36,344 nucleotides of DNA, taken from Octopus bimaculoides. Its lineage: Eukaryota. The translations under genes and the position numbers were made by a program. The DNA lies in NCBI RefSeq assembly GCF_001194135.2, contig NC_068987.1:69165081-69201424 (forward strand). The letters are read 5' to 3'. The notes below the pieces were generated by a model, which was given only the letters and a program-made list of their open reading frames with translations, ran no database searches and was not told the origin of the DNA. Positions 36,180 through 36,344 of the stretch are shown here, in pieces (the stretch's first letter is position 1; each line of letters starts with the position of its first letter).

Positions 36180-36344
36180 CTTGAGGCATCACACTGGAGG
36201 TTTGAGTCGAAAATATCGATCCTAGTACACTTTGGCTGTTAGCCTGGTACCTATTCTATTGGTCTTTTTTAGCAGGACCGCTAGATAATAGAGACGTAAA
36301 AAATCCAACACCGTTTATCAAATTGTGGCTAGAGAAACACACAC
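36180..36344 (-). mobile_element. Decayed SINE family B tail
   Basis: TTGAGTCGAAAATATCGATCCTAGTAC...AGCCTGGTACCTATTCTATTGGTCTTTTT...ACCGCTAG...GACGTAAA aligns with the other family B copies. Confidence 0.7.

Overview
Eukaryotic, AT-rich, gene-poor genomic DNA from a draft assembly: 11 N-gaps total about 4.25 kb (~12% of the window), and most abut microsatellites. The very dense (TA)n/(CA)n/(GA)n/(ATT)n/(TACA)n repeats and two abundant tRNA-derived SINE families strongly suggest an octopus (coleoid cephalopod) genome. This is inferred from recognised repeat motifs, not from a search. I found no intact, identifiable protein-coding gene, and most ORFs in the track are translated microsatellites or N-runs. 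Well-supported content: a decayed histone H3 copy of the replication-dependent type with a probable stem-loop remnant (17542-17932, -); an IR/DR-type Tc1 (DD34E) relic (12832-14459); a fold-back pair of mariner 5' ends (14936-15751); a complete TA-flanked mariner deletion derivative (35674-36162); the 3' end of an R4/Dong-like retrotransposon set in (ATT)n repeats (7864-8330); and about 11 SINE copies, including one with an 18-bp TSD and one nested insertion. Less certain: two minimal hammerhead-ribozyme-like motifs of the Penelope type (2983-3018, 35548-35583), a possible Academ remnant, and several exon-like islands, one carrying a glutamine-synthetase-like WNFDGSS motif. I cannot support a claim of a wholly new biological system. 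The best leads are the hammerhead motifs, the H3 orphan, microsatellite-targeted retrotransposition and the fold-back or inverted repeats.
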